From Eledone cirrhosa (Eukaryota): 64,000 nt of DNA. This document shows positions 14,401 to 29,214 of the stretch, piece by piece (within the stretch, counting starts at the first letter, position 1; every line of letters begins with the position of its first letter). The stretch covers positions 24,366,001 to 24,430,000 of the forward strand of contig OZ024740.1 in NCBI GenBank assembly GCA_964016885.1. The letters are read 5' to 3'. Below the pieces are notes generated by a model. That model was not told where the DNA came from and did not search any database. It saw only the letters and a list, made by a program, of their open reading frames with translations. A program made the translations under genes and the position numbers.

Positions 14401-14742
14401 TTGACTAGCTGCTGCTTATTTTACTACAAGTACTTATTTCCCTAGAATATTCAAAATGTAATGTATGCATGCATGTATATTTGAAAAACTTAACATAAGA
14501 CACTGTTGTTACAATTTAGTGAACAGACAAGATAAAATAACGAGTTATGTATTAATAATATATAACATTACAGCCCTGGCATTGTTATATTATTAATGTT
14601 ATCACGCTATTGTATCATTAGAATTATCATACCATTAATTACACTTATATATTTATGTCATAAATCAAATGCTTTGCTTTAAGTGATGGGTTTTCCTGTT
14701 TATCCTTAGAGAATGCAACATATAAACTGTCTGTTACTAAAT

Positions 14743-15440
14743 ACTGTAAGGAGAGACCAACACAGATATATAGCTATATGTGTTCAAATTACCAGGGACA
14801 GGGACCGCCAGGGTGAAGAAAATACTGACTAAAATAGTATGGTTCACAGAACTCAATCATAAGGATAAATTGAGAAAAGCAAACCTCTCTTGATATCATG
14901 TATGTACCCGGACAGTTTATGGGTTAAACTGTTTCACAAAATTCAGTGATGAGAATTATAACTCTAACCCTAACCCTAACCCTAACCATAACCCCCATCA
15001 ATATTCACTTCACTACTCTGTTTGGTAGAAGACTAAATAACACGTGTGTTAAAAGAGAGAGAGCACATAGAAATAGTGTGCCAGGCGGAACGAATAGTAG
15101 GTAAGGTTACTAGAAAAAATAGCAGCCAGGAATATTCGATTTATTAAAGCTCAACAAAAGCGATTATTTAGTTTTCTACCAAACATAGTAGTGAAGTGAA
15201 TATTGATGTTAAGAAGCACCGCCCCAATAATTCTCATCACTGAAATTTGTGAAACAGTTCAACCCATACACACTTCGCGTACATGATATCATGGTAGGTT
15301 AGTTTTTTCTCAATTTATCCTTATGATTGAGTTCTGTGAACCATACTATTTTAGTCAGTATTTTCTTCAACCTGGTGGTTTCTGTCCCTGGTAATTTGAA
15401 CACATATAGCTATATATCTGCGTTGGTCTCCCCTTTCAGT
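14743..15440. mobile_element. Non-coding element with ~280-300-bp terminal inverted repeats (MITE or fold-back)
   Basis: 14743-15040 is the reverse complement of 15164-15440, with a ~120-bp spacer. Ends read ACTG(T/A)AAGG.GAGACCAAC. Confidence 0.85.
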
Positions 15441-15744
15441 GTATATATATATATATATATATATTATTTGAAGTTGGTATTATATTATTCGAAGACGGGC
15501 CTTAGATTTTGGAAATATTAAAGAAAAATATGTTAGTGAGTTAAATTTTATTTTATTTTCCGTCCTAATATTTCGGGGCTAAAATCCCTTCATCAAAAGA
15601 TTACAATAAAAGACTGACAAGGAGATTTGTGTTTTTCGTTGTTCTAAACATGCCATCTGTTCAGACGAATTTCTGAGTAAGATTGTGTATCATATTGTGT
15701 TGTATCTTAGCATTTTGAGATTTTGGGAAATATCCCAAGTACAC

Positions 15745-16360
15745 CCTCCGTTTCCTGCTGACCTCACATCACTGCTAGCTCACGCAACCTTCTCGCTGAT
15801 TTAATCTCTGTACTGCAGGACTTATCTTGCTCGACCATACCATAAACTAAGGGGTCTGCAACAAGCTAGTCACGTACAGGGCTCCATCGCTCAAGTTACG
15901 TGGAAAAAGTTGTTATCTTTCTTTAAATTGATTCAGCTGAATCTTTAAATAGCAGTCATTTTTTCCACCGCTGATTGAAAAATATTGTCTAAACACTCTA
16001 TTTGTTGCTCTGAAGTGGCTTTTATGGCATCCAAGGATATTGAAAATTGGAATTTGTTGACCAACTTCCATATTTCCAGTACTAAATATTTCGATTTCAC
16101 ATGCTCGAAGTTTATCCTCTCCCATGTGAACAGATTTTCAGGCGTTAGTATAATTCGTCTTGTCTCTGCGATTGGTGATGGATCAGGTCATCAATGAAAG
16201 ATCTAAAGGGCCTGACGTATAAACAATTTAGAGAGAAATCCTTTGCACTCGATTTCTTTTCATCTTCCCACCATGTTCATATCAATGTAAAAAAATATTA
16301 ACGGAATATACGACATATTTCTATTCCTATCCCAGGTCGATGATGATGAAATGGCTGTAC
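15745..16360 (-). mobile_element. Old HERO/R2-group non-LTR RT fragment
   Basis: Broken frames give MNMVG..EIECKGFLSK..RQ..FRSFIDDL, ENLFTWERINFEHVKSKYLVL and RARxVLQYRD..KVA..DVRS. Confidence 0.72.
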
Positions 16361-16442
16361 AAGCCATTTCTATATTAAAAACATATTCTCTGCTATGTAT
16401 TGAGTACCTTACTTACTGTGGCTAATCCCGATTGAACACTTG

Positions 16443-16500
<58 letters not shown>

Positions 16501-17107
16501 AATACAATCCTCTGTACAGACAAATATGCCAGCACATATCCGTATTTTCTGTGTGTTTATATATATAAGCATTTGTATAATTATAATATATATATATATA
16601 TATATATATTAAAATATAGAGAAAAATACTGCAGGTAGCACATGGTAACATGTAATAAAATACGTCCCTCATCAGTGATTTGCCGAAGATCATAGATATT
16701 TCATTGCATTAAAAATCATATATCTCACTTCGGTGCAATAATAACCAAAATAAGTTATTAGGACAATTAAAACGCGTAAAGCGAGTGAGACAGGAGAACA
16801 ACAGAAAATATAGCATACCGTGGGAGAGAAACAAGCTTCAAAAATTATTCTGTTAGCGTAAGCTAGGTGAATATATGAGCGCTTAGAGAAAGAATAGTGC
16901 CAGCACGAACGAAGGCCATTGAGCGGAGAGAGAAAAAATAGCGTCCGTGAGTGCAGGATGAAATGAAGAGAAGAGGGAGAAAAACAGTGAGTGAGTGAAA
17001 GTGTGAGGAAGAGTTAACGGACAAGACAGAGGGGGAGAAACAGAGAGAATGGGGGAACAGTAAGAGAGAGAGAAAAAAACACAGAATCGCAGTGGTAAAT
17101 ATATGTA

Positions 17108-17181
<74 letters not shown>

Positions 17182-17559
17182 CCCACGTTACATATTAAAA
17201 CATCCACATATCCACATAACACGTAAAAGCATACAACATATGTTTAGAAAGACAATTAACACGCACTCGTAAATTGACGCACAAACGAACGCGCATGCGC
17301 ACACGCACACAAACAGACACACGCGCACACACACACACATGAACACACACGCGCGCACACACACACATGAACACACACATACACACACATACACACACAC
17401 AGTCACACACGCAAACACACACATACACACACATATACATACACGCACGCACATACTAAGACACTGACGTACACATATATACACAAATGCACACATATAC
17501 AAACACACTCAACGCTATCACATCAAAACAACAAACACAAACAATATTACCAAGATGAC

Positions 17560-17805
17560 GTGAAGATTAGCGGACATTTTGTTTTATACGGTCTTTCTTA
17601 CTTTTTCGCCATCATTCCACTAGAGTCAAACGAATTTCTCCTCCGCAATTTTCCTCCTAATCTCAAAGGGAACGGTTTGGGGTTTTCTACAAGTTTGATT
17701 CAATTGGCAAACTTGATAAGATCTCTAATTTTCCAGATGCACGTGGTTGCACAACGGGTTTTAGCTGTAGTTCCGTATCTGTCAAGTGCAGCTGCACAGG
17801 TCTGA
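17560..17805 (+). other. Possible MFS/SLC22-like transporter fragment (exon or pseudogene piece)
   Basis: FAIIPLESNE..FPPNLKGNGLGFSTSL resembles the ExFPTxxRxxGxG motif. No partner exons and no good splice acceptor found. Confidence 0.2.
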
Positions 17806-18004
17806 AACGATGGCTGGTTGCAGGCAATATTCTACACTCGGAAAAATTAGGAAAGATGTAATAATATATTTGAGAACGATATATATATTAAGAAATAAGG
17901 GCAGGTAGATATGTAGATTAGAAGGATAAATAGATGAATAGCTAGATAGGTAAATAGATGAATATATAGATGGATATATATATATATATATATATATGTA
18001 TGTT

Positions 18005-18200
18005 TAGGAAAAGGTATGGCCCCGACGGCAGAGCTCAAACCGTTTAGACGGCTATTTCGACGTCCAGAAATAGCCGTCGAAACGGCTTGAGCTCTGCCGT
18101 CGTGGTCATACATTTTCCTATTTCCCACTCTACTACCCTAAGTATTGAGTATTCTGGTGCGTTATGGTCCATCTGGTTCCTTACCACATTTCCTTTGTTA
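18005..18200. repeat. Family H copy 2 (hairpin then tail)
   Basis: Hairpin 18005-18120, tail 18121-18200, TA flanks. Confidence 0.9.
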
Positions 18201-18309
18201 TATATATATGTATATATATATATGTATATATATATATGTATGTATATATATATATAAATATATGTATACATATTTATACACATATATACATATACATATG
18301 TATATACAA

Positions 18310-18415
<106 letters not shown>

Positions 18416-18729
18416 TCACACACATAGGTAGATATAATAAATATCTACATACATATGTAGATATGTAACGGAAGGAATAACATATGGCTAAGAATATAGA
18501 GTATCAGAAAAAGATACAGGTATTTGGATGGGAACAAAGTATGCTCGATAATGTATACATACACACACAGACACACCCTCACACACACATACACACACAC
18601 ACTCACCACACTCACCACACTCACATACACAACACACATACACACACACACATATATATATAAGTTTATCCCGGGTTCCAACGGGGGTAACCACAGTTAG
18701 TAAGGTACTCAATACATAACAGAGTATAA

Positions 18730-18825
18730 ATATTTAATAGAGAAAGGCTTCTACAGGACTAGACCTGTTTCCTTATGATTTCCTTCGAATAAAACAGTTC
18801 TACTCCTGTAGAAGCCTTTCTATAT

Positions 18826-18830
<5 letters not shown>
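18730..18830. repeat. Short fold-back of a PLE-type terminus
   Basis: AGAAAGGCTTCTACAGGA.TAGA.CTGTTT pairs with AAACAGTTCTACTCCTGTAGAAGCCTTTCT. Relatives at ~39625-39660 and ~62415-62482. Confidence 0.75.
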
Positions 18831-18862
<32 letters not shown>

Positions 18863-19497
18863 CTGATATTAGTGTGTATGTGTATGTTTATTGGTGTGTT
18901 TGCCCGTTCGTATATGTTGGATCGCCATCGATTTTATTCTATAAATATGGAAGTTGTTAGAACAGCAGAAGTCTGCTTTATATATATGAATTATATTTTT
19001 ATACAAACAGACTGGTTAACTGAGACTTTATCAATATATACACATATTTAATATGCAGGCGTGTAAATATGCCAGAAAATACGAACTTCCTTGCTAGAGC
19101 TCTTAATACACATACACACACACACACATACATAGACACACACATACAAACATGCACGCACGCACACAAACACACACATATATATATATATTGATATTTA
19201 TAGTAATAACACATACAAAGATCAAAGTACAAAGACGTTACGATAAGGGTTACACACACAAACACACACACACATATATATATATAAGTATATTTAAACC
19301 TATAGAGCAAATATTTATAATTAGTAGAAATTAGTAGAGTTCAAGCAATGAATTTCTGGTTTTGCCCTAAGCGGCCTCTTCTGAAATCTGAATCATATAC
19401 CTTCAGATGCTCCCGCTTAGGGTGTAAACAGAATTTAATTGCTTAACCGTTTAATCTACACTAAAATAAATAAATACACACACATATATATATATAT

Positions 19498-19603
<106 letters not shown>

Positions 19604-19699
19604 AAAGGTAAACAGAAATAACAACAGAATCGGTACAGTATATGGAAGGAATATATTAGGTTAACGCTTGAAATAGCAGGAAGAAGGTCTTAACATTTA

Positions 19700-19750
<51 letters not shown>

Positions 19751-20560
19751 ATGCATATATGCAAATATTAAGTGGAAAGGTGAAATAAAACAGCACAGTA
19801 CGATGAAGAAATATTCTTTTTAACGCTTGTTGTCTTACCTTTCGGATATTAGTGAATCTTCAGGAAATAGAATGAGAAATAGAATATGTAATAGAATGAC
19901 AGAGAAAATGAAGGAATGAACAAAATGAGATTTTAGAGAAAAACCATTTTGGAGAAAACATATATTTACATATATATACTTATATGGACATATATATTTA
20001 CATATATATACTTATATGGACATATATATGCAAACATACATGCACATATACATTCGTACGTACATATTTATATATACTTATATACATTCATGCATACATA
20101 ATATACTTACAAATATATTCCTTTGTATATCTCTCTAATGAACGAACCGTATAGTCTTCTAGACGTAAGAATCTGTGTTTGAGTGTGTGTACAAGTATGT
20201 CCCTTATTAATTGTTTGTATCTCTACGTATGCATGTGTGAATGTGTTTGTGTATAAGATGCGAATAGATTGATAGCTAAACTGAAAGCGAAGCTAATTTC
20301 CCCACCAACCTTAAAACTTTTCCCCTAAACGCTAAAAACAAAATGGCGGCATCACGTTTGAAATAACGGAGGTAATTTAAAAATTACTAAATCTAATTAA
20401 TGAATGACTTAATTAAAATAAAATAGAAAACCATAAGGATAATAAATAATTAACAAACCAAGAAAGCTACTCAATTAAATTGCATTTGGAGTGGATGATG
20501 ATGAAATTAGTTGCTTCATGCAGAAGACTCGGCGATGATAAAACACCTGTACACTATTTA

Positions 20561-21090
<530 letters not shown>

Positions 21091-21304
21091 TGGATACTAT
21101 ACAGAATTCTAAAGAAATAAACGGGAAAGCAGTATCATAGATACTCAAGACGAAGCTATTTAAACCAATAACATTAGGGATAGTATATACAACTAATATA
21201 TACCCCGATGTCCAGGTTGTGTGGAATGTCCGAGAAGACAGTGGCACACATTTTTGGTGTGTGACACAATTTATCGCTAAATGAATACACAAAAATGGAA
21301 ATAC

Positions 21305-21488
21305 AATGATGTAGTTAAGATTTCAGATGCCATGTTTTGCAGCAAAGAGTTACGGCCCTTTATGATCTGAGTTCAAATCCCGCCGTGATTAACTTTGCCT
21401 TTCATCCTTAAAAGGGTCGATAACATAAATTACCAGTAATACACTGGAATAATTGCTGGCTTGTGCCAAAAGTAGAAACAATTATTTA
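21305..21488 (+). mobile_element. tRNA-derived SINE family 1
   Basis: B box GAGTTCAAATC followed by the core TTTGCCTTTCATCCTT..GGGTCGATAA. Confidence 0.8.
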
Positions 21489-21994
21489 TTAGAAATTCTG
21501 CCAGGTATAGAGATAAATGATACAACCACAAGACAGAACATTGTAAAATTTAATGGGATTCCGCAATACAAACAGACAGACAAGGTATTGAAGTATAATA
21601 AGCAAAACATAAATGTGCTTGAAGAAAAAACAGAACTGTGGGTAAATAACTGACCCCTGATGCCCATTTGACTTAAGAGTGTAGAAAAAAGAATAGGAAC
21701 AGTCGAACAATTATAATATGATATTTTTGCTATATAGAAATTGAAAATAGTTAATACCAGTATCTTTGGGACAGTAATATATCAATTTGATTATTGGATA
21801 AAGGGAATGGAAATTGGGTGTCTTATAGCATTACTTCAGAAAAGTTGCCATTTGGAAACGTCGGGAATCACAAGGAAATTTATGGTCAGTTGATAGAGAC
21901 AAATTTAGTGATACTTAAGAATGCTGGATGTAGTCCCCTTTCGCAGAACATCCAAATTTACAACACCTTACTGAGACAATAATAATAATAATAA

Positions 21995-22200
21995 TAATTG
22001 CTTCTACTTTAGGCACAAGGCCAGCAATTTGGGGGTAGGGGAAAGTCGACTTAATCGACCCCAGTGCATTAATGGCCCTTTATTTTATGGACCTGTAAGG
22101 TGGAAAGTTAAAGCTAACCGCGGCGGGATTTGAACCCAGAACGTAAAGGTATGTAGCTATGGCGCAAAGCATGACGTACGACGCTCTACCACTATTGCCA
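21995..22200 (-). mobile_element. tRNA-derived SINE family 1
   Basis: Reverse B box (GGGATTTGAACCC), core, and (ATT)n tail. Confidence 0.8.
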
Positions 22201-22648
22201 AAATAATAATATTAATACATTTTTCTACTAATAGCTTTACGTGTGTTCAGAATTTTTGTCAGATATTCTACAAAACTAATATTGTATAGTATACAACAAC
22301 CTCACTAAATCAACTCACTTCTAGCTACTTAAAAGAGAGCATATGTCACCTGTTTGACTGCTAGATATATTAGCCAAATATGCATATATTAGTCCTTAAA
22401 AAATAAAGAAGTATAAACTAGACTCGTTTGAAAATGTTAACAAAACAACAAAGAAAACGAATGCCCATTGCAAGGAATGCCTTTGACCATAATTCTGCAG
22501 AAACAGAATTGCCACGGGGTTAATCAACAACAAAACAGAGCAATAACGTTATATAATTTATAGAACCAAATAATACGAACTGATGCTCTATATTTATGTT
22601 TGATATTTTATATGTATATACATACATATATATATATATATATGTATG

Positions 22649-22709
<61 letters not shown>

Positions 22710-22809
22710 TAATAATAATAAAATTGAAGACTATAATCCAAAGAGGACTCGATAAGTTTGAAAGCAGCAATTATTTGCTTAAACTTTAACCTGTTATTTT
22801 AATAAATAA

Positions 22810-22847
<38 letters not shown>

Positions 22848-23030
22848 GGAAATCAGTAAAACCGAATCTCTGGCGGTTTGCAAGTAAATTCGGCCTACTT
22901 ATATGAAATGATGAGTTAGCAAAGCACTCGATAAGATATGGCCTTAGAGTAATAACATACGTTTAAATAGCTTGACATATCGAACATTGTGGTAGGCGAA
23001 TCTAACACACAATATATACCAAAGTAACGA
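22848..23030. repeat. TA-adjacent dispersed repeat, 3 copies
   Basis: AGCAAAGCACTCGATAAG...TAACATACGTT..ATAGCTTGACA also at 25281-25470 and, inverted, at 28250-28442. Confidence 0.75.
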
Positions 23031-23449
23031 TAGAACTAATCAGTTTGAGAAAAGTACACCTGGACAAATCAAACGATCAATCGTTTAAAGTGTTTCTTTG
23101 AATCCGAAATCAAATATCAGACTTACGTGAATGGCAAGCTCATGGCATTGGTGATCGAACAGAGGATTCAGTTTATCAACAGGATTTTCGTTCTGCCTAG
23201 GACCGGAGTGATAAAATATATGTTGCTGCTACATGCGGCTTATCGTATCTATAGCTATCACGTGTTAATTCTGGCAAGGGAAATAACCCCCGGTTTTAGG
23301 CGGGTCATTCAAAATGTTAGCGAAAGGAAATATTTTAATTTCCGTTAATCATCATGATGAGCTCTCAACTAGATGTTATAAAACAAACACAAAATATTAA
23401 CCAGTCAACAGAATTGTCTAATTAAATTAATTAGTTAATATTAATTAAT

Positions 23450-23496
<47 letters not shown>

Positions 23497-23501
<5 letters not shown>

Positions 23502-24286
23502 TAAATCATGTCTATAGAATCACCAGATATTAAAATATATACTATTTCTTCTTCTAATTAGCATAATTAACCATATACAAAATCAAATCTAGCAAGCTTT
23601 AAGAATAAATTTTCTTATGGGGAAGTCTCCGACAAACAATTGATCGTAGCCTCTTCGCGGCAGCCCTGTTTCATTATTTATCCAACATTTCCGCAGCAAT
23701 TTTATGTATATGATAACCTTTATATTTAATAATCTCCCAATTGGTTGAGGTTAAATTTGGCGATATATGGCTGCGCTTTCTAGCAGCAAGCCTACCCGCC
23801 GTAAGCAACCAATCACACGCTTTCTCTCTGGCTGGAACACAGCTACAGAGCGATTTTAGCCATTTTTGAATCTAAATTTGGCGCGATCGGTTAGAAAAAC
23901 TAAATGTCTGATTTTGAGTTCATCTCCTGAAGAATCCTAACTCTGGATAATTCATATTATTTGGATGTCCTAAATAAGGAAGAAACCATGGTAGAGATAT
24001 AATTACGGTATGTGCGCATTTCTTCTAAGTTTAATTTTACTACTAATTATGTGTGGTTGATGGTATACTTGGTCGGATTCTGCATGCTGCCGAAATGTTG
24101 GATAAATAATGGAACAGGGCTGCCGCGAAGAGGCTACGATCAATTGTTTGTCGGAGATTTCCCCATAAGAAAATTTATTCTTAAAGCTTGCTAGATTTGA
24201 TTTTGTATATGGTTAATCATGCTAATTAGAAGAAGAAATAGTATATATTTTAATATCTGCTGATTCTATAGACATGATTTATGATA
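23497..24286. repeat. Element with ~200-bp inverted arms
   Basis: 23497-23698 is the reverse complement of 24085-24286. The right arm extends further. Distant relative at 12790-12910. Confidence 0.88.
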
Positions 24287-24387
24287 TAATGCTCTGATTT
24301 TTTTATTTTAATTTATTAATTCTTCATTGAGCTTAAAAGTGAACAGTTGCAACATATATATATCTTTAATTTTATGTATATGATAAC

Positions 24388-24445
<58 letters not shown>

Positions 24446-24478
24446 TGTACCGATTGTGTTGTTATTTCTGTTTAACTT

Positions 24479-24556
<78 letters not shown>

Positions 24557-25064
24557 CTTTATTCTTATATCTGATTTATATAAAGTTGACATATTCACAT
24601 GAACCTTAGCATTATGGTTTTCAAATTAGAGAGAGAGAGAGAGAATTTCTTGAAGCCACACCTACAGGAATTATATTAACTCTTCATACTTTAGAAACCG
24701 TTCAAGGATGGTAAGAGAAAACCACACACAGAAATACACATAGAGGTTCACACACACATGACAGACACAAATAATCGATAAATCCTGAAAGATAGAAGAA
24801 CGGAAGTTGGCAAAGAAATAACTAGAGTTGTAAACAGGCGGAGTTAATATAAACGCTGCTATGGTTTGGCATTCCCTCTAGCAGACTTGGTGCCTTCCTT
24901 TGCCGTTTTTTTCTTCTTTTATTTGTATTCTGTCTTTTCGATAATTCTTATTTAGACAAAATAATTTCAGTAAACCAATAAATGTTATTAGTTTGTATTA
25001 AGCAAAATTGTCAGTTCAATATTGAGGATGGTCACTACTCATTCAAAATTAGTCAACTACACTT

Positions 25065-25212
<148 letters not shown>

Positions 25213-25238
25213 TTGTGTGTAGATATGCATACACACAC

Positions 25239-25278
<40 letters not shown>

Positions 25279-26074
25279 GCAAATGGAAGTTTAGTTAAAT
25301 CGATGTTTTGGCTGTGGCCAAGCTAACGCTATACAATTAGGAATGTGCAGCAAAGCACTCGATAAGGTTGTGTCACCTTAGAGAAATAACATACGTTAGA
25401 TAGCTTGACAAATTGAAAACTGCGACAGGCAAGCCTAGCCACATAATACCAAAGCAACGGCAACACAATCATGGGGCCTCCCGGTCTGTACAGTGCTCAA
25501 ATCTCATAAAGTACCTATTGACATCTGTCGTAAAGTCCAATTTTCTTAGAATAAAATATGTTAAAAGGTATTTAAATATTGCATAACATAATTTAATAAA
25601 TGTATTTAGAATATCTAAGTACAGAATTTAATAGAAAATAAAAGAATAGAAAAAATATATTCTACGAAAATTATAAAACATTTACAGAATTTCATATATA
25701 TACTGATTTTAGCGTCGATATATTTATAGGTTTGGCTACCTCCAAGCATCGTTTGTGAGAGATTTTATTGATGGCTTTCACTGTGATATTTTTTGGCGGG
25801 TAGAGGCAAAGATTGCTCTTTTACATAGCCACTCCTAGTTGGAAAGGTGGATTTGGAAATTGAGGAACACTTAATTAATTAAGCTTGCAAAGCGTACAAC
25901 AATAGTACAAAATGACGAAGGATCAATACATACTTCAGTATCAAGGGATTGCTTTTCTATGAGTTAAAACAGTTGAGAGGTGCTTATGTGAAACTCCGAG
26001 TGTCCCTCTACCTTTCTGCCTCTGTTTTTCGCACAGAAGTAATCTCCGAGGCTGGAAATTCTGAGGTTTACCCA

Positions 26075-26258
26075 TGCTCCATGTGAAACATTCCTCTTCT
26101 AGATGGAGACCGACACCCTGCAGGGTTTGACCTCGGGACTTTTTAATGGTCATTGTGTAACTGACTCTCATTTGAAACGAAAGAGGATATCTATCGTTAT
26201 TAGCGGCATTCTAGGTAAAAATGTCTCCCTTATCAAATCAAGTGAGGATTTTGGCTTC
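26075..26258 (-). mobile_element. Helitron PIF1-like helicase fragment
   Basis: AKILT..FLPRMPLI..RVSYTMTIKKSRGQTLQGVGLHLEEECF matches the AMTINKSQGQTL motif. Confidence 0.8.
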
Positions 26259-26384
26259 AATAATGAGGGGCTGTAATTCTGTCACAGCCATTCTCGCCCC
26301 ATTTCACAATGTTTCCTGATCCAAGTTTCTGAGAAACATGGTGACTGTGTCCTTCTTCACTGCAATCTTGTGTGGTAGCATACC

Positions 26385-26660
26385 CGATTGTTTTATCTAT
26401 TAATATGTAAATTAACAGATATACATCTTTAGCTGTAGAGTCCTGTGTGTCAAGTTGTTTTTGACTGCCTTCAAGTTCATTCTCCAACAGGCCGATATCG
26501 TCTGCATATTGAAAGTCACCAAGCCTTAGCCCTTTATAGCAGCTATATTTCAGCCCCAGTGTTAATATTGTAATCATGTTCAACGGGGAGACTTCCCTAC
26601 TTGGTGTAACTGGTGGTGTATTTAAGAGATTTGAAAAATATGTATTCCGTTTCAACTCTA
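26385..26660 (-). mobile_element. RTE/RTEX-like RT fragment
   Basis: YFSNLLN..LGDFQYADDIGLLENELEGSQKQLD..DKT. Confidence 0.7.
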
Positions 26661-26718
26661 TTCTGTATCATGGTGCATTAGTAATGATGCTAATTATATT
26701 TAGCGAGTCAAGTCCACA

Positions 26719-26752
<34 letters not shown>

Positions 26753-26756
<4 letters not shown>

Positions 26757-26950
26757 CGAAGGAAGTGTGGTAAGGAACCAGGTGGACCATAACACACCAG
26801 AGTACTCGATACTTTGGGTCGTAGAGTGGGTAATAGGAAAATTTCAGGACCCCGACGGAGAGCTCAAGCAATTTCGACGGCTAATTCTGGACCAGAAATA
26901 GCAGTCGAAACGGCTTGAGCGCTAAGTCGGGGTCCTGAACCTTTTCCTAT
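26753..26950. repeat. Family H copy 3 (tail then hairpin)
   Basis: ATAACGAAGGAAGTGTGGTAAGGAACCAGG... then hairpin 26833-26950. TA on both sides. Confidence 0.9.
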
Positions 26951-27174
26951 ATATATATATAGAGAGAGAGAAAAGAGATGATCGAGAACATACTGACATT
27001 ACAAGGGGAGTACTAACTTAATGAGGTAGCCTATACTGCCAGCATATTCCGTATATATGAGTAAATGTTTTTCTGAGACCCATAGCAGACTGATCAGGGG
27101 ATTTGTACTTTGTGTTTTCCTTACATTTATAAACATTCTTTATTAGTAATCACACAGCACCTTGTCCATTTTAA

Positions 27175-27245
<71 letters not shown>

Positions 27246-27261
27246 TTATATATATATATAT

Positions 27262-27645
27262 ATATAATAAAATAACAGGAGGCTGGACTTGTGTAAAGCC
27301 CTGAAAGGTTTATTATACTATGATCATTTCAAGGACCGGGTTTCGTATGAAACCGGTGATGTCATGAGGTATTCGAAATATAACAAAGGAATATAACAGA
27401 CAAAATCCATGGGGCTGAAAATCATGAACAAGAGGACGACCGACCATAGAAGATGCTAGATGGTCGGTCGTCCTTTGTTTATGCTTTTCAGCCCCATGGA
27501 TTTTGTCTGTTATATTCCTTTGTTATATTTCGAATACCTCATGATATCACCGGATTCATACGGAACCCGGTCATTGAAATGATCATAGTATAATAAACCT
27601 TTCAGGTATTTATACAAGTCCAGCCTCCTGTTATTTTATTATAAT
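27262..27645. repeat. Fold-back palindrome, ~185-bp arms
   Basis: Arms meet at GACCAT-agaagatgctag-ATGGTC (~27452). The terminus GCCTCCTGTTATTTTATTATA resembles that of 56661-56784. Confidence 0.92.
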
Positions 27646-27805
27646 AATTAACTCCGTACTCGTACCACCAACTACAGAAACGAAGACGGGTGAGCTGCAT
27701 TACGTTGAGTACTCTCCATAATATTACATCGAGATTGACCAGACGGAATGACCAATTCTATCCAGTAGTGAACCAACAAACCTAAATAAATACATATATA
27801 TATAT

Positions 27806-28222
<417 letters not shown>

Positions 28223-28440
28223 TAGAGAGATATATTTGTTATCTAACCTGATTGGTTCTTTCGTTGCTTTGGTATTATGTGGCTAGGCTTGCCTGCCGCA
28301 GTTTTCAATTTGTCAAGCTATCTAACGTATGTTATTACTCTAAGGTTGACACAACCTTATTGAGTGCTTTGCTGCACATTCCTGATTGTATATCGTTAGC
28401 TTGGCCACAGCCAAAACTTCGATTTTCCTAAACTTCCATT

Positions 28441-28474
<34 letters not shown>

Positions 28475-28517
28475 TTCAAAATATTAATAAATATAGACAT
28501 TCATGGGATCAAATATA

Positions 28518-28577
28518 TTTTATTATATGTATTTCAGAGGTACTGTGATGTTTTCTCAGTACATCCTCATCAGATAA
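28518..28577 (-). ncRNA. Minimal hammerhead ribozyme (family B)
   Basis: ttat-CTGATGA-ggatgtactg..cagtacctct-GAAA-tacata-TA-ataa. Confidence 0.7.
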
Positions 28578-28633
28578 TATATATATATATATATATATAT
28601 AAGATCAAAATATAGTTAAAAGAGTTCCATGTA

Positions 28634-28700
28634 TTTTATTATGCGCATTTCAAAAGCAAATATCATCATGCAATAATATTTGTGTTTTCATCAGATAAAA
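28634..28700 (-). ncRNA. Minimal hammerhead ribozyme
   Basis: ttttat-CTGATGA-aaacacaaatat..atatttgctttt-GAAA-tgcgca-TA-ataaaa: 6-bp stem I, palindromic stem III. Confidence 0.82.
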
Positions 28701-29168
28701 TAGGAAGACATGATATGAAGGTTAAAAGACACTTGTGAATAGTGCAGTTTTGAATCAACATATGAAAAGTAGTTTTAGATTGATGTGTGATATTGGGAAA
28801 AAAAAGAAGAATAGTTTGAGGGGGGTGGGGTGGAAATGATGAAAAAGAGGAGGAGATGAGAGTAAAAAGTGGAGGGGGAGGAGTATAATGAGGAAGGATG
28901 AGATAGGAGGAGAGATGGGTGATAGATAGAGAGAGAGAGATAGCTTTTATAACTGAGAAAAATATATTGTTTTACATAGAGAGGTTGAAAAACCGTTGGA
29001 AGATAATGTATAAATTAAAAGAAATTGAAAATTAACGAAGAGAAAAATAATGTAAGTTAAGGTTTGTATATTGAAGGGTTTAATAATATGTGCGATGAAA
29101 AGAAAATGTTAATATGTATTCTTATCCGATGTCTGCATTGCTTTATTGTACCACAATAAAACTCACCT

Positions 29169-29213
<45 letters not shown>

Positions 29214-29214
29214 T

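Noticed and set aside
14959-14995. True telomere
   Set aside because: Only about six imperfect units, internal to a repeat element.
20339-20350. YY1-like motif CAAAATGGCGGC as a promoter or start site
   Set aside because: A single short motif with no downstream ORF or supporting elements.
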